Positions 1 to 13,363 of a DNA stretch of 64,000 nt are shown piece after piece (within the stretch, counting starts at the first letter, position 1; each line of letters starts with the position of its first letter). Both the position numbers and the translations under genes were made by a program. The stretch is taken from positions 88,288,001 through 88,352,000 of the forward strand of contig OX597823.1 in NCBI GenBank assembly GCA_951406725.2. The letters run 5' to 3'. Below the pieces are notes generated by a model. That model ran no database searches, was not told the origin of the DNA, and saw nothing but the letters and a program-made list of their open reading frames with translations. The DNA is from Octopus vulgaris (taxonomy: Eukaryota).

Positions 1-317
1 CTCCCTCTCCACAGACACACACACAAACACGTATATTGTCTTTAATACAGAATGACACAAATTTCCAGGAAACAAGAATTAAATTTTTGTGCGCGTTTAA
101 TTTAAACAATAGATTCTACGAACAATTTACAAAATACTTAGGGGACAAAGATAGAACATGCCATTACGTTTTTAATTCCAAACATGCAGAAACCAAAATA
201 CACAGCGTAATAATCGTATTATAGCAAAATCAATTAGGTTACAACAGCAACGACGATAACAACAAAAGCAACGACAACAACAACCGCAGCAACAATGACA
301 ACGATAAATATAATAAC

Positions 318-500
318 CCTTTCTACTAAATGGACAAGCCCGGAGATTTTGTGAAAGGGTTTATCGACTACAAGGCCCTAGATTTTCACTGGTACATAAT
401 TCATCGACCCAGAAGGGATAAAAAGCAGAGTCGGCCTGAGCGAAATTTGAATTCAGAACGTAAAGACGAACGAAATGCGGCTAAACCTTTTGTCCGACAT
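318..500 (-). mobile_element. Diverged SINE family B copy; further degraded copies near 25230-25560, 51790-51900 and 61365-61540
   Basis: tcatcgacccagaagggataaaaagcagagtcg..gaaatttgaattcagaacgta. Confidence 0.6.
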
Positions 501-502
501 AC

Positions 503-559
<57 letters not shown>

Positions 560-560
<1 letters not shown>

Positions 561-1065
561 GATATAATACGGCAAATATTGTGCTCAAAATCACAGATTT
601 GCTACAAGTGGGCTACAGGAAATATTCTGCTCAATACCACAAATTTGCTTCTCAGTTCCTTGACCGTAACCAAGTGAGCTTGTCCCTTAGTGGCTGACGA
701 TATGTGCGTCTCTGATCACGAGCAGAAGTAGTGGGGGAGCATCATAGCCGTGGGTTAAAAGGAATTCTTAGAGGTTTGGATAATTCAACTTTGGAAACAT
801 GTGTGTTTCGTTCAACATCCTTACCAATACTTATCCAGGGACCTTTTCAGCGGGATGGGCTACTCGACCAGAAGAAAATTCTAACTGGGCCCCACTGCAA
901 GGTCATGCGCTGTTCATCTTGATATGAGATCACCATGTCGCGCACATATGGTTGTGATACTTGTGCCTGGTGTACCCTTATCAGACGGGTAGTCATGATG
1001 AGTATACTGGGTTCCGTATATTTTACCCCAGTGTCACTTTGATGGCAAGCACTGTTCTCTCACTC
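560..1065. repeat. Unclassified interspersed repeat between two (AAT)n tracts; partial second copy at ~10829-10985
   Basis: 620-785 aligns with 10829-10985 (aatattctgctcaata..tgtcccttagtg..gagcatcatagcc). Confidence 0.65.
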
Positions 1066-1114
1066 AATAATAATAATAATAATAATAATAATGATAATAA
1101 TAATGACGATGTTA

Positions 1115-1920
1115 AAAATACATTTAAATAGAGAGAACTTCATGGAAACCATAAATACACGGTTATGCTAGTATTGAGATCATCTGCCTCCATTCTGAAA
1201 TTGACAAAGTTTGAGCTGCAGAACTTGAATATAAGAACTAGAAAGCCGCTTCGAATGCATAAGGCAGTGCATCCCAAAAGCAACACCGATCGACTGTATT
1301 TACCAAGAAGGAGGTGGTAGATGATTAATAAAAGCAGAAGGCACTGTTAGTACTGTTTTATTTTGTTCAGCGAAAAGAAAGAGTAATTTCTAAAACCAGA
1401 AATACCCAAACCGTGATGGAAACAGAACAGGGAGACTGAAACAATAAAGAAATAGAAAGAAATAGAACTACATGGTCAATTCGTGCAACAAACCGGGAAT
1501 GTTGGAATTAAAGATCACTGGATTTCTTTGCTGGTCAGGAATTTGGAACGAGAGACATGAACGCTAATTATAGTCTCTCAAGAACAAAACCTTACAACAA
1601 ATCATACAAAGGGAAAGATCGATAAAACTCAGTCAGACCGCAAATCAAGACTCTGTAGGAAAGGATACGAGAGTATCAAGCACATTTTCAGTGAGTGCAG
1701 TACCCTTGCACAAAGGAAATATAAGTGCAATCATAACTGCAAAATTTGATTGTTTTTCGAATGAGAGGTTTAAAAAAAAAACTCCAATGGTATAGGAAAA
1801 TAATTAAAGAAGACTGGATGGAATGCCCTGTAGAGCCTTTACAGAATGTTTGCCTTTTAGGAATAGTAAATATCAGGATTACTGAAAGCACCTCAAAGAT
1901 TATTGAAAGCTTCTAGGTAC
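1115..1920 (+). pseudogene. Degraded R4/Dong-like (RLE-type) non-LTR retrotransposon fragment
   Basis: Manual translation: RTRKPLRMHKAVHPKSNTDRLYLPR, LHGQF, QEQNLTTN, SRLCRKGYESIKHIFSEC (CCHC remnant), LQNVCLLG. Starts after (AAT)n. Confidence 0.8.
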
Positions 1921-2400
1921 CTAAGGCTATATACAATTAGCAAAAGCTACAGATGAATTCAACCAAGAATAAGGCCACTCCGGAGTCAAGTCGTATATTA
2001 GAGTAACAACAGCTACAACAACAACACAATAATAATGATGATGAAGATCATGATGGTGATGATGAATATGATGATGATGATGATGCTATAACATTCATAA
2101 CATATATTTTTTTTTAATTGGTTTATTTTTTTCAATGTTAAATAAACAAAAGCATCACGGATTTCGTCGACACGCGGATTTTGTTAAATCAGGGATTTCG
2201 TTAAATACTCAAAACCCATCATGGATTTCCCATATCATTGCTAATGTAAACCTTGTTCAACTTTCAGTTGGTAGTTACATTCGCAAATAATAAAATGGTG
2301 ACGCTCTTCATAAATTCATATACATACGAATTATATATGTGCATACAGGCATTCAAACGTAGAAACACACACACATATATATATACACAGATGCACACGC

Positions 2401-2433
<33 letters not shown>

Positions 2434-3254
2434 GGGTGGGGGTGGCTGTGTGCGTATGTATGTATATTATATATATGTATATAAATCAATATGTATATAT
2501 ATATATATATATATTCTTTCAGTTTCTCTACAAATCCACTCACAAGGCATATATATATTGATGTGTGTGGTTGGTTATATGTATACATATATATGTGTGT
2601 GTATTAAATTTTAAAAAATGAGACTGTGACAGTCTGGAAACGTCGAACATAGTTTTAGGAACTGTATTGTTCAAAACATCAGAACAAAAATCAGAAGACG
2701 CTACGCAAAATTTAAAATGAATTATACATAATGTATATGTACACATGTATTTGTGTGTATGCTTGTTCGTATATATATATATTATATGTATCTATATAAA
2801 TATATATATATTTATATAGAAAGAGAGAGAGACAGACAGACAGACAACAAATAGACACAGAGTCAGACACACAGACAGACACACAAAGACCCAGACACAC
2901 AGAGACATACACACACAGACAGACTGACACACACACAAAGCAATACCATTTTTATGTTCCATACTGACGGCTAGAACAACATTATACAATAAAGTTTTCA
3001 ATGGTTCATTATTATTTTTTAACATCATCTAAGTTCTGTGTTCATACCTGCCATTCTGAACAGTTAAGAAATCTCTGATAAGAATTTTGTTTTGATTATC
3101 TCATTATCATTTTTCTCGTTTTTCTTCTCTTTTTGCGTTTTACATTTAATTATTCTATTTCTCATTTTTATTGGAAAGAATTCAAAATATGAAACGAGAT
3201 TTAACAATTTATATTAGGTATGGTTTAGAAGTGATCTTTCATAATACAGTCTCA

Positions 3255-3604
3255 TTATTATCATTATTATTATTATTGTTGTTGTTATTATTATTGTTAA
3301 TATTATTATTGTTAATGTTATTATTATTAATATTATTATTATTGTTAATGTTATTATTATCATTATTAATATTATTATTATTGTTAATGTTATTATTATC
3401 ATTATTAATATTATTATTATTGTTAATGTTATTATTATTATTAATATTATCATTATTGTTATTATTATTATTGTTAATGTTATTATTATTATTATTATTA
3501 TTGTTAATGTTATTATTATTATTATTATTGTTAGTGTTATCATTATTATTATTATTGTTAGTGTTATTATTATTATTAGTGTTATTATTATTATTATTAT
3601 TGTT

Positions 3605-3641
<37 letters not shown>
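3255..3641. repeat. (TTA)n-derived compound repeat with recurrent ttgtta(a/g)tgtta units
   Basis: Direct reading; source of the spurious poly-Leu and poly-Ile ORFs. Confidence 0.9.
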
Positions 3642-3642
<1 letters not shown>

Positions 3643-4289
3643 CATCACCATCATTTATATTGTTATCGTTGCTGTAGTTGTATTTTGTTTTGGCTCTGAC
3701 AAAATTCTTGTCTTTGGCATCGAATCAAATACCTATTTATGCTTTATCATATCTCAAGAATATTCGAGCTAATGAATTTAAACAGTTGTCTAGCACTACT
3801 GACCCTGGCTATTTTAGCAAAAAGCTTCTGCTGTCTACTAGAATTAATATCTATAATAGATATAAGAATAGTGTCTGTGTTTACTTGTATATACACGATG
3901 ATGGAAAATCCCATTATGATGTAACGTAAATACATTTTACTGGGCGACCTCTACAGAGGACTGTTAATAAAAGTAGTAAAGGGTAACGTATGTAGTTTGA
4001 TGCAATCAAAAAAATAAAAAAATCCATTCACTATATTGAAGAAATCTATTGTAAGAATTTGGCTGATGTTCGAGACATTAGTATTTAATGTTTTATGGGA
4101 AATAATATTGAATGATTCACTATGCTGGAAAGTTAGAAACTATAATAATATATAGAAGTCGTTCATATTTTAAAATATGTGCATCTATTTTGAGAGCAAT
4201 GACATAAGTTACACACGCACACATATATATACACATATACGCACACATACATATACATTCACGCATATATATATATATATATATCCAAC

Positions 4290-4465
4290 GCAGTTGCGTG
4301 ATAAGAAATTTAATTCCCAACCAAACGGTCCCGGGGTCAGTCACATATGTATATATAATATATATATATGTCATTTTCGCCAAATGTCTTCTTCTATAGC
4401 CTCGGACCGACCACAGTATAATGAGTGGATGTTGGTAGACGGAAACCGAAAGAGGTTCGTCGTAC
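4290..4465 (+). mobile_element. Diverged SINE family A head half; a diverged tail half lies at ~4930-5138
   Basis: tgtcttcttctatagcctcgg..gtggatgttggtagacggaaac. Confidence 0.6.
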
Positions 4466-4474
4466 ATATGCTGA

Positions 4475-4513
<39 letters not shown>

Positions 4514-4644
4514 CAAAGAAGTAAATATATGGCAAACGAAGTACCGATATTTACTTCGTTGTGCCATATATTTACTTCTTTGTATAATTTTCCCTCACGG
4601 GCTATTCTTTACTGGAAAGGCAATACTCTTGCATTGCACTACTA

Positions 4645-4698
<54 letters not shown>

Positions 4699-5155
4699 AA
4701 TAACATCAAGGTAATAAAGATGTTTAGAATTTTCTACTACCAGTGGGCTAGCGTATAGAAAAATTAGTAAATAGACTATATATCATTCATACAAAATACA
4801 AGGGTATCCATCATAGGACTCCTTTACGGTAGAAGGAACAGCTAAAGTTCAAGCCATTAAGTAGTGATAAAATCTCGAAGGGAATGAAATTATATAGATA
4901 TATGTATATGGGCGGCGCGCGCGGTGTGCCTTTCTGTCTGTGCTTCTCCCACACCACCATTTGAAAACCAGCATTAAGGTCTTTATGTCCCTGCAACTAG
5001 CGATTCAGCAGAAGGACCCGATGGTAAGTAGCAGGTTTTTTAAAAATACTAAGCACTTGGGGTAATTAGTTCGATTAAGCTACTTGAAGGTGGCGCCCAA
5101 ATATAGCTGCCGTATAATGACTGAAACAAGTAAAAGATAAGGAATAAACGATAAA

Positions 5156-5201
<46 letters not shown>

Positions 5202-5247
5202 ATATATATATATATGTGTATGGATATGTGTGTGTGTGTGTGTATAT

Positions 5248-5665
5248 CTTTCTCTTTCTCTTTTCTCTTTTACTTGTTTCAGTCATTTGACTGCGGCCAT
5301 GCTGGAGCACCGCCTTTAGTCGAGCAAATTGACCCCGGGACTTATTCTTTGTAAGCCCAGTACTTATTCTATCGGTCTCTTTTTTGCCGAACCGCTAAGT
5401 GACGGGCCGTAAACACACCAGCATCGGTTGTCAAGCAATGCTAGGGGGACAAACACAGACACACAAACACACATACATATATATATATATATATACATAT
5501 ATACGACAGGCTTCTTTCAGTTTCCGTCTACCAAATCCACTCACAAGGCATTGGTCGGCCCGGGGCTATAGCAGAAGACACTTGCCCAAGATGCCACGCA
5601 GTGGGACTGAACCCGGAACCATGAGGTTGGTTAGCAAGCTACTTACCACACAGCCACTCCTGCGC
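5248..5665 (-). mobile_element. SINE family A: tRNA-like head, CORE-like segment, internal TA/CA microsatellite, AAAAGAG-type tail
   Basis: Sense head gcgcaggagtggctgtgtggtaag..ggttccgggttcagtccc and cttgggcaagtgtctt. Many near-identical copies in the window. Confidence 0.88.
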
Positions 5666-6100
5666 ATATCTATGGATATATGTGTGTATGTATATATATA
5701 TATATATACACACACAGAAGCATATATATATATGTCCTTTCCCAGTTTAAGGCTGTATGCTTCAATTCCACAGATATATAGTGCCTAATTCGTGTAGTTC
5801 ACTCAGACAGGTATATGTTCACTCAAACAGGTATATGCCTTCCCCATTTGGCTCATTTTCTAATTTTTGTCATGGTTGATTACTTAAACAGGAGAAAAGT
5901 TTTAAGATATCCAATGTGTCCCTACTATTTTGAGACTGTAGGGTATGACTTGACAGAAATTTGGCTTCTATTCCTTGAAGGTTGTACCCTCTTTACCTTC
6001 AAGTAAATATATTTGCGCTTTATTTTGTTTCGTTTATTTGATTTTATTTTTCTTTTGCTTTATAATGTGTTCCGAAATTCATGGTTATGGGGAAAACGAA

Positions 6101-6514
6101 GGCGGCGAACTGGTAGAAACATTAGCGCGCCAGGCGAAATGCTTAGCCGTACCTCGTCTGCCGTTACGTTCTGAGTTCAAATTCCGCCGAGGTAGACTTT
6201 GCCTTTCATCCTTTCGTGGTCGATAAATTAAAAACCAGTTACGTACTGGGGTCGATATAGTCGACTTAATCCGTTTGTCTGTCCTTGTTTGTTCTCTGTA
6301 GTTTAGCTCCTTGTGGGTAGTAAAGAAATAAGTATTTCATGCGCCGTTACGTTCTGAGATCAAATTCCGCCGAGGTCGACTTTGCCTTTCATCCTTTTGG
6401 GGTCGATAAATTAAGTACCGGTTACGCACTGGGGTCGATATTATCGACTTAATCCGTTTGTCTGTCCTTCTTTGCCCTCTCTGTGTTTAGCCCCTTGTGG
6501 GTAGCAAAGAAACA
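6101..6514 (+). mobile_element. SINE family B dimer (tRNA-like head; central block gcctttcatcctttcggggtcgataaattaagtaccag), 14-bp TSD
   Basis: Head ggcggcgaactggtagaaac..gagttcaaattcc. TSD ggttatgg(g/a)gaaaa at 6083-6096 and 6515-6528. The central block resembles the Meta SINE domain (from memory, unverified). Confidence 0.85.
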
Positions 6515-6730
6515 GGTTATGGAGAAAAGGTTTGATCAAAAGTGTCCCACCTTTTCCAGGGAATTGCTTTGTATATCGAAATCAAAATGTTCGACATAGC
6601 CTTTAAAACAAGAGAGTAGATTTATGAGTTCTGGCCGTGATTTTGAGCACATCGAACAAACATAAATAAAATGTGTGAAATCAAGTTTATGGTTCTATAA
6701 GCGGCACGATATATCTCACTCTATCTCTTC

Positions 6731-6764
<34 letters not shown>

Positions 6765-7270
6765 CTGTCTATCTTTTTCACTCAATCTATCTCACTCTCT
6801 CTCTCACTCTTTTCCTCTGTCTCTATCTATTTCTTATATTTTTAATTCCTCCACTGATTGATGTAGGAGTGAGGGAAATTATTAGTTTGTTGGTAACGCC
6901 AGCGTGAATTTACCATTAAAGGCAACGTGAATATTGAATTAGTTGGAAAGTGTGATAAATGGAATTTTACCGATCATACACACGCTTGTATATGTATGTA
7001 TGTATGTATATACATATATATGTATATACAAGTGTGTGATCGGTAAAATTCCATTTATCATACACACATGCTCGCGCACATATACACACACACGAATAAA
7101 CATACACACACACACATATATATATGTATGTAGATACACGTACATATATGTACATTATAAAAGACCTGTGCAGCATATTATACGCTTATATTATACATAT
7201 ATATATGTACACACACATACACACATATATACAATGTGTACACATATGCATGTATATAGATATATTTTTC

Positions 7271-7309
<39 letters not shown>

Positions 7310-7431
7310 GTGTATATATATATATACAAATATATGTATGTATATATATATACACACATAATGCATACATACATATATATACTTTATGTATGTATATATA
7401 CACATGTATATATGTATTTAGAAAAATATCG

Positions 7432-7469
<38 letters not shown>

Positions 7470-8409
7470 GGCATACTTAATCGCACATACACATACAGAT
7501 ATGATATATATGTAAGTATGCTTCACTGCCTGAGTGCGTGCAAATGAATGCCTCCATGTATGTGTGTGCGTGTGTGTGTGTGTGTTTGTGTGCGCGCACG
7601 CGCTTGTCATTATGTGTTTGTGTCGGTAATTGCTTAATCGATGCTACCAACAGCTTGTGAAATATGAACCCGTAGAGTTTTCTTTACTCGTAAGAGATAT
7701 CAACGACCGAATACACTAAGTATCGTCCCTCAAAAAATAAATCATGACAGGGGCATTGTTTGTGGTTGCTGTTAGACACTAAAAACCTTAACAGTTATCA
7801 GTGTTCTATAACAATCTATCGTAAGAAATATCTTCAGGAACTCTAACATGCTGGATAATTCAGTAGTTATAGTTTTACACAGTTAATTTTTGCAAATTCG
7901 ACGGTTATTTTGGTAGATGAATATTCTTTAAACATTAACAGGACAGTGAATATTCTTCGATTTATTTCCCTTGTGTTGCAGTTGTTTGTTATTTAATGCA
8001 TTATAATCTTTCCATATTTAGTAATGAAGTACTAGTACTAAGTAAGATTACCTCTGGAAAATATATGCTTTGCAAGGCTGTAAATGTTCCCTAGAAATGT
8101 ATACTTCCAATATTCTCCACGGCAATTGTTCTTTGATCACGCATTTCCTCTCCAGAGTTACTATTATTAAAATTATTGGCACCCTGTTGAAAGTATAAAT
8201 TTTAGATCTCACGTGTTAATCTATCTTAGATATGGAACGAAACTTCCCTATAACATTATTTTGCTATCTTACGACCATATTGGAAATGATTCATCAAATA
8301 TCAATACACTGTACTGCACTTTACTATCATATCATAAAAGACTGCAAATAGTGCGCTTGAGTCTAGATTTCCAGTGAATGATGTACTGTCAGCTCTCTGT
8401 TCAGAAAAC

Positions 8410-8462
<53 letters not shown>

Positions 8463-8591
8463 CAAAATAAGCAACAAGGATATCCAGAGGTAATGCAGTA
8501 CGATCGTTTAATGCGACCCCATTTAATTGAACAATGCAATTATTACATCAATTTTAAAATATAGAGCAATCTTCAGCTGCATAACAATATA

Positions 8592-8646
<55 letters not shown>

Positions 8647-9604
8647 TTCATTCGCACACACGTACACCACACTCATACCGAATTAGATAGGTAGATAAGT
8701 AGATAGATAGATTGTATATATAAACTTACTTTGATATCAGTTAGTTGTGATTCACTCCTCTAATAGCCGATATCATACTTAACTTAAAATCGAGCGATAA
8801 GTACCTATAAGTATTGATTATATCGTTTTGGATCCTCGTAGGCCATTCATGTAGGACGCTGATGTTGGCCGAAATGTACCGGAGTGTGGGTGGTCTGTAT
8901 TGTGTATCTTGGTGGAACATGTCTCACTACTATTTTAATGTTATGAGGGATATCTTTCTTGTTCTGTTTCGAGATGTTAAATAATACAGAAATCGTTAGG
9001 ATGAAAAACTTGAAGAACAATATGCTTATATAATGTGTATTTCAAATTTGTTAACCTTAGTGTTTCTTTTTATTTTCAGGACGTGATTATTTGCACAATT
9101 GTAACGGAGCATTTACAACTTCCGATATTTTTCTTCAGCAAACGACAGCGCAGGAGAAAATAAATCCCGAGTGTTTTGCGATAATCAACGCCTTTAATGC
9201 TAGCTATATATTTATGCATTTATTGTAATTACTCTCCAGTGATTTCTTAATTTCTCTTTGTGGTGTCTGATGTGCGGAGGCAGAAAGAATAATTGTATTC
9301 TATATGGGACCGTACAAGTGAAGGGAATACAAGTAAAATCACATCTGGCCTTCTGAATTGTTATGTCCTAAGGCTTCATTAGCCTTAGACCATAATATTA
9401 ACTAATATTAACTACATTGTTGATGTAACTGCTCCGAGATAGATAGTTTCCAACAGTTAATCCTTTTCATTTGATTCTGTGAGATAACACAAGTGATTCA
9501 CAAGAGAGAAGCAATTATGTTTGCTTAATGATATTCTATTTCCCAAAATGGATCATCACGAAATTTCCCTTTAGCAGAGTTTTGAGGTTCTCCTTAATTT
9601 TGAA

Positions 9605-9790
9605 TCCCTTCGCTAAGGCAGAGGTATTGTTTCCATTTGTACTTATTTGTTTGTCCGTGGACAAGATATCTCAAGAACCACTAAATGAATTCGGATGAAA
9701 CATTCAGGGATTCTTGACCTCGGGACTGGCACGAACTGACCAGCTTTTGGAATCGATCGGGTACCGGATAAGGATTCTGGTTGTTGTTTA
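9605..9790 (+). mobile_element. Possible Helentron-associated (HINE/DINE-like) element fragment
   Basis: cttcgctaaggcagaggtattgttt..tttgtttgtccgtggacaagatatctcaagaaccact..gaattcggatgaaa pattern; recognised from memory only. Confidence 0.4.
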
Positions 9791-9890
9791 TTTTTAACAC
9801 GCATTGATTTATGTCATATCAATGAGACTGGAGATTGACACTGTCTACATCTCCAATAGTAAAATTGCAAAATCAAGAACTGTAACGGAA

Positions 9891-10124
9891 ATTATAACAG
9901 AACTTGAACTTAATTGCTCCATTCGTTAGAAATATCAGCTGAATCTCCTTCTAATCATACCCAATCGCTTAAAGAAGCACATGAGATTGAGCAACATGTG
10001 TCTTAGATCTAAGACACATGTTGCTCAATCTCATGTGCTTCTTTAAGCGATTGGGTATGATTAGAAGGAGATTCAGCTGATATTTCTAACGAATGGAGCA
10101 ATTAAGTTCAAGTTCTGTTATAAT
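9891..10124. repeat. Perfect 234-bp palindrome with no spacer
   Basis: 117-bp arms checked base by base; centre ttaga|tctaa between 10007 and 10008. Confidence 0.97.
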
Positions 10125-10828
10125 CTACTCACAATCTACTCACAATACGAAATGTTCACGGCTTGAAACGTTTTTGATTTTACTGTTAAATGGATTTGGT
10201 CTAATCGAGAACAAGACAATACATGTTCTGTTAAGAATTTATGCAAACCTTGTATGATTTTTGTTCGGAGAATTTAAAATGTCCACATATGCACTATGAC
10301 TGATTAATAAATACTTATATATGAGTTCTTAGAAATACTGATATAAAAGAATTACTGACATTCAAAAAATCGATAGATTTCCAATCAATAATTGTTTATG
10401 AAAATATTTTCGAACATATCCTTGGTTCACATGAAATCTGCATAACGTTGTTTATTAATAATATCGAAGTTTAAAGCAGGGCAGAATCAATGTCGTGTCG
10501 GACATACTTAAATACTCAGTCAGTTGATCAGCTTACCTATGACGGGTCGGTTTAAAGAAAAATATTTCAAATCAAATACGATATTAAACGATGATTTTCG
10601 TTGAAACATTTATTTCATGTTTTTTTTTAATGGTAAATTTGAAAAACTAAACAAAAACAAGTTTTATTTCCTGTTTGTTTCTATCAAGAATTCAAAAAAC
10701 AAAAATGGCTACTATTCCGTACAAACTTTGTTTTTGTAATCGGGATATCAATCTTTTGAAACTGACGTATTTCCCATTACATTTCAGGTAATCAGTGTTG
10801 AGTTGACGAAGCGGAAATATCGATATAG

Positions 10829-10985
10829 CAAATATTCTGCTCAATAGCACAGATTTTCTTGACAGTTGCTTGACCTCAACCACTTGAACATGTCCCTTAG
10901 TGACTGACAATATGTCATCATGAGCAGTGGTAGTGGCGGAGCATCATAGCCATGTGTTGAGAGGGATTATTTCAGATTTGAATAC
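10829..10985. repeat. Diverged partial copy of the 560-1065 repeat
   Basis: Visual alignment. Confidence 0.6.
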
Positions 10986-11612
10986 ATAAATCAAAAGTAA
11001 AGATTGAAAGAAATATTAGCCATTTATCATACTCCACAAGGGTTGCATAAAAAGAAATATCGACTTATCACTGGGCCTCGTAACCCAAAGGATTGTACTG
11101 AGCGAGTCAAGAAAGCCAATAACCAATAAGGGATAATCGCTGGAATGTAACTGATGGATGCCAATCGAAAGCGTAATTAGTTAAGTTACTTTTTTTTCTG
11201 AAAGAGATGTCATTAGAATAGGCCCCAGACTTATAAGGAAATGTTGCCAAAATATTTATTCATTACAATACGAAAAACAATGCTAAAGGACACAAGGAAG
11301 CCAAGTAGCAATTATCTCAACTTCTCATTTTATCAACGTACCTAGAGTATGTATGCAATGGTAATAAATAGAAGTTTTATTGAGTCAATACTTAATCGGA
11401 GCTTCAAGCATGAAGCTCCGATGAAGCTATATGGTAATACACAGGCATTCAGCTGCGTGTGCGTTGTATCTATAGCAGAAACAGCGGTAAACAATTGAGT
11501 TTCATGACATAATTGATTATTTCAGTGTCCTTCTAATTTCTTATTCCTGCTCTGTAATCGACCGATTTTCTTTCTAGAGCACATGTATATTAACTTCTAA
11601 CACTTCTAATAC

Positions 11613-11676
<64 letters not shown>

Positions 11677-12948
11677 CACAGTCACAAACACGAAAACACG
11701 TGCAACATATCTCCATCTGTGTGCGCTTGCGCGCGTATGCAACGCGCGATTTGTCTCTGATAATTCAACATTCTTCGTAATGCCTTCAAATAAAAGAAAA
11801 GTAGAGAAAGAAAAATCTAAATCTCATTTGATATTTTTGATGAATGGGCTCTGATAGAAAAATGCTCCAGCATGGCCACAGTCATTGGACTGAAACATAT
11901 AAGAGAATAAGGGATCGATTTTAATATAACTATGACTTTATTACCCTTATTATTGTAGTTTGTGTCATTGATTTAGTTGTTGTAATTTCCATTTTGTTCC
12001 TCTTATATTCAGTGTAATAATGCTCGCAGTCGTATTTCTAACCTATCTATCATCATATACCCGTATATAGGTGTATCGTTTCTAGCTAGAATCTACTACT
12101 CACTGCTTGCTCTACTGCTGCTGTATCATGAACAAGTGTTGCTCTGTCTCTTTAGAAAACAGATTTGCCATTCTTTTTTAGCACGGGAAATCCTTGCTGC
12201 TGTTGAGTTTTCTGCCGATTTATTTTTATAATGAGCTGAGTTGATAAAAAGGTAACTTAACAAGTGATGTATAATGCTAAGATAGAAACTATGACAGAGA
12301 GAGAGAGAGAGAATGAGGTGGCTGTACACTTTAGAGATATAAAGAGAAATATAAAGAAAAGCTAAATTATCAGTTATGAGGAGAGCACGTGTAGACAACG
12401 TGGAGAGGAAACAATATTGTTTTACTTTTGCGTTTTTTTCTTTTTGTTTTTCGTTTTGTTTTTCTTCCTTTCTTCACTTGGTTCCATATGTCTGAAATGT
12501 TGTGCTAATTCTGTCACTATGTGTAACAGTTATCGACTGACAGAAGCTGTTATTCATATACTTAAATACATACATACTTATTTGTAAGCACGCGCATACA
12601 CACATATATGCATACACAAACATATATACATACACACGCACATACACGCACACACACACACACACACACATACATACAAATGTGCTTGTATTTGTATCTG
12701 TCCATGCATTTTTATATGCTGGCGTCCTTATTTACATCTGGACTTCTTCTAAGATTACCAACCGGTGATGTTGTTAACATTTCCCCTCTCAACACATCGT
12801 TCGCTAGCTTTCTTTCCACCTTCTAAGACCTGTGGACACCTTACTTCGAAAAACAGGTTAGGATTTGTAAGTAGAATGCAATACAGTTATACATCTATAC
12901 AATACTCATTCTTGTACACACGCATATATATACACACACACACACACG

Positions 12949-12998
<50 letters not shown>

Positions 12999-13019
12999 TG
13001 TGTGTGGTAAATAGCGTCC

Positions 13020-13363
13020 TTACCAACCACTGCGTGGCACCTTGGGCAAGTGTCTTCTACTATAGCCTCGGGCCGACCAAATCCTTGTAAATGGAATTGG
13101 TAGTCGGAAACTGAAAGAAGCCCGTCATATATATGAATATTATGTATATATATGTGTGTGTGGGGGGGGATCTGTGTTTGTCCCATCAACATCACTTTCC
13201 AACCGATGCTGGTGTGTTTACGACCCCGTACCTCAGCGGTTCAGCAAAAGAGACTGATAGAATAAGTACTAGGCTAACAAAGAATAAGTCCTGGGGTCGA
13301 TTTGCTCGACTAAAGGCGGTGCTCCACCATGGCCGCAGTCAAATGACTGAAACAAGTAAAGAG
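13020..13363 (+). mobile_element. SINE family A, head partly deleted
   Basis: Alignment to the 5248-5665 copy. Confidence 0.85.

Noticed and set aside
3171-3677. Poly-Leu or poly-Ile membrane-like ORFs
   Set aside because: (TTA)n repeat translation.
8460-8595. Short unique segments between (TA)n arrays (also ~4695-4900) as element ends
   Set aside because: No second copy or diagnostic motif in the window.
9060-9165. Strong splice-acceptor-like tttctttttattttcag at 9079 (similar ones near 16748 and 51286)
   Set aside because: No recognisable coding frame or matching donor; such motifs are common in AT-rich DNA. Needs RNA-seq.
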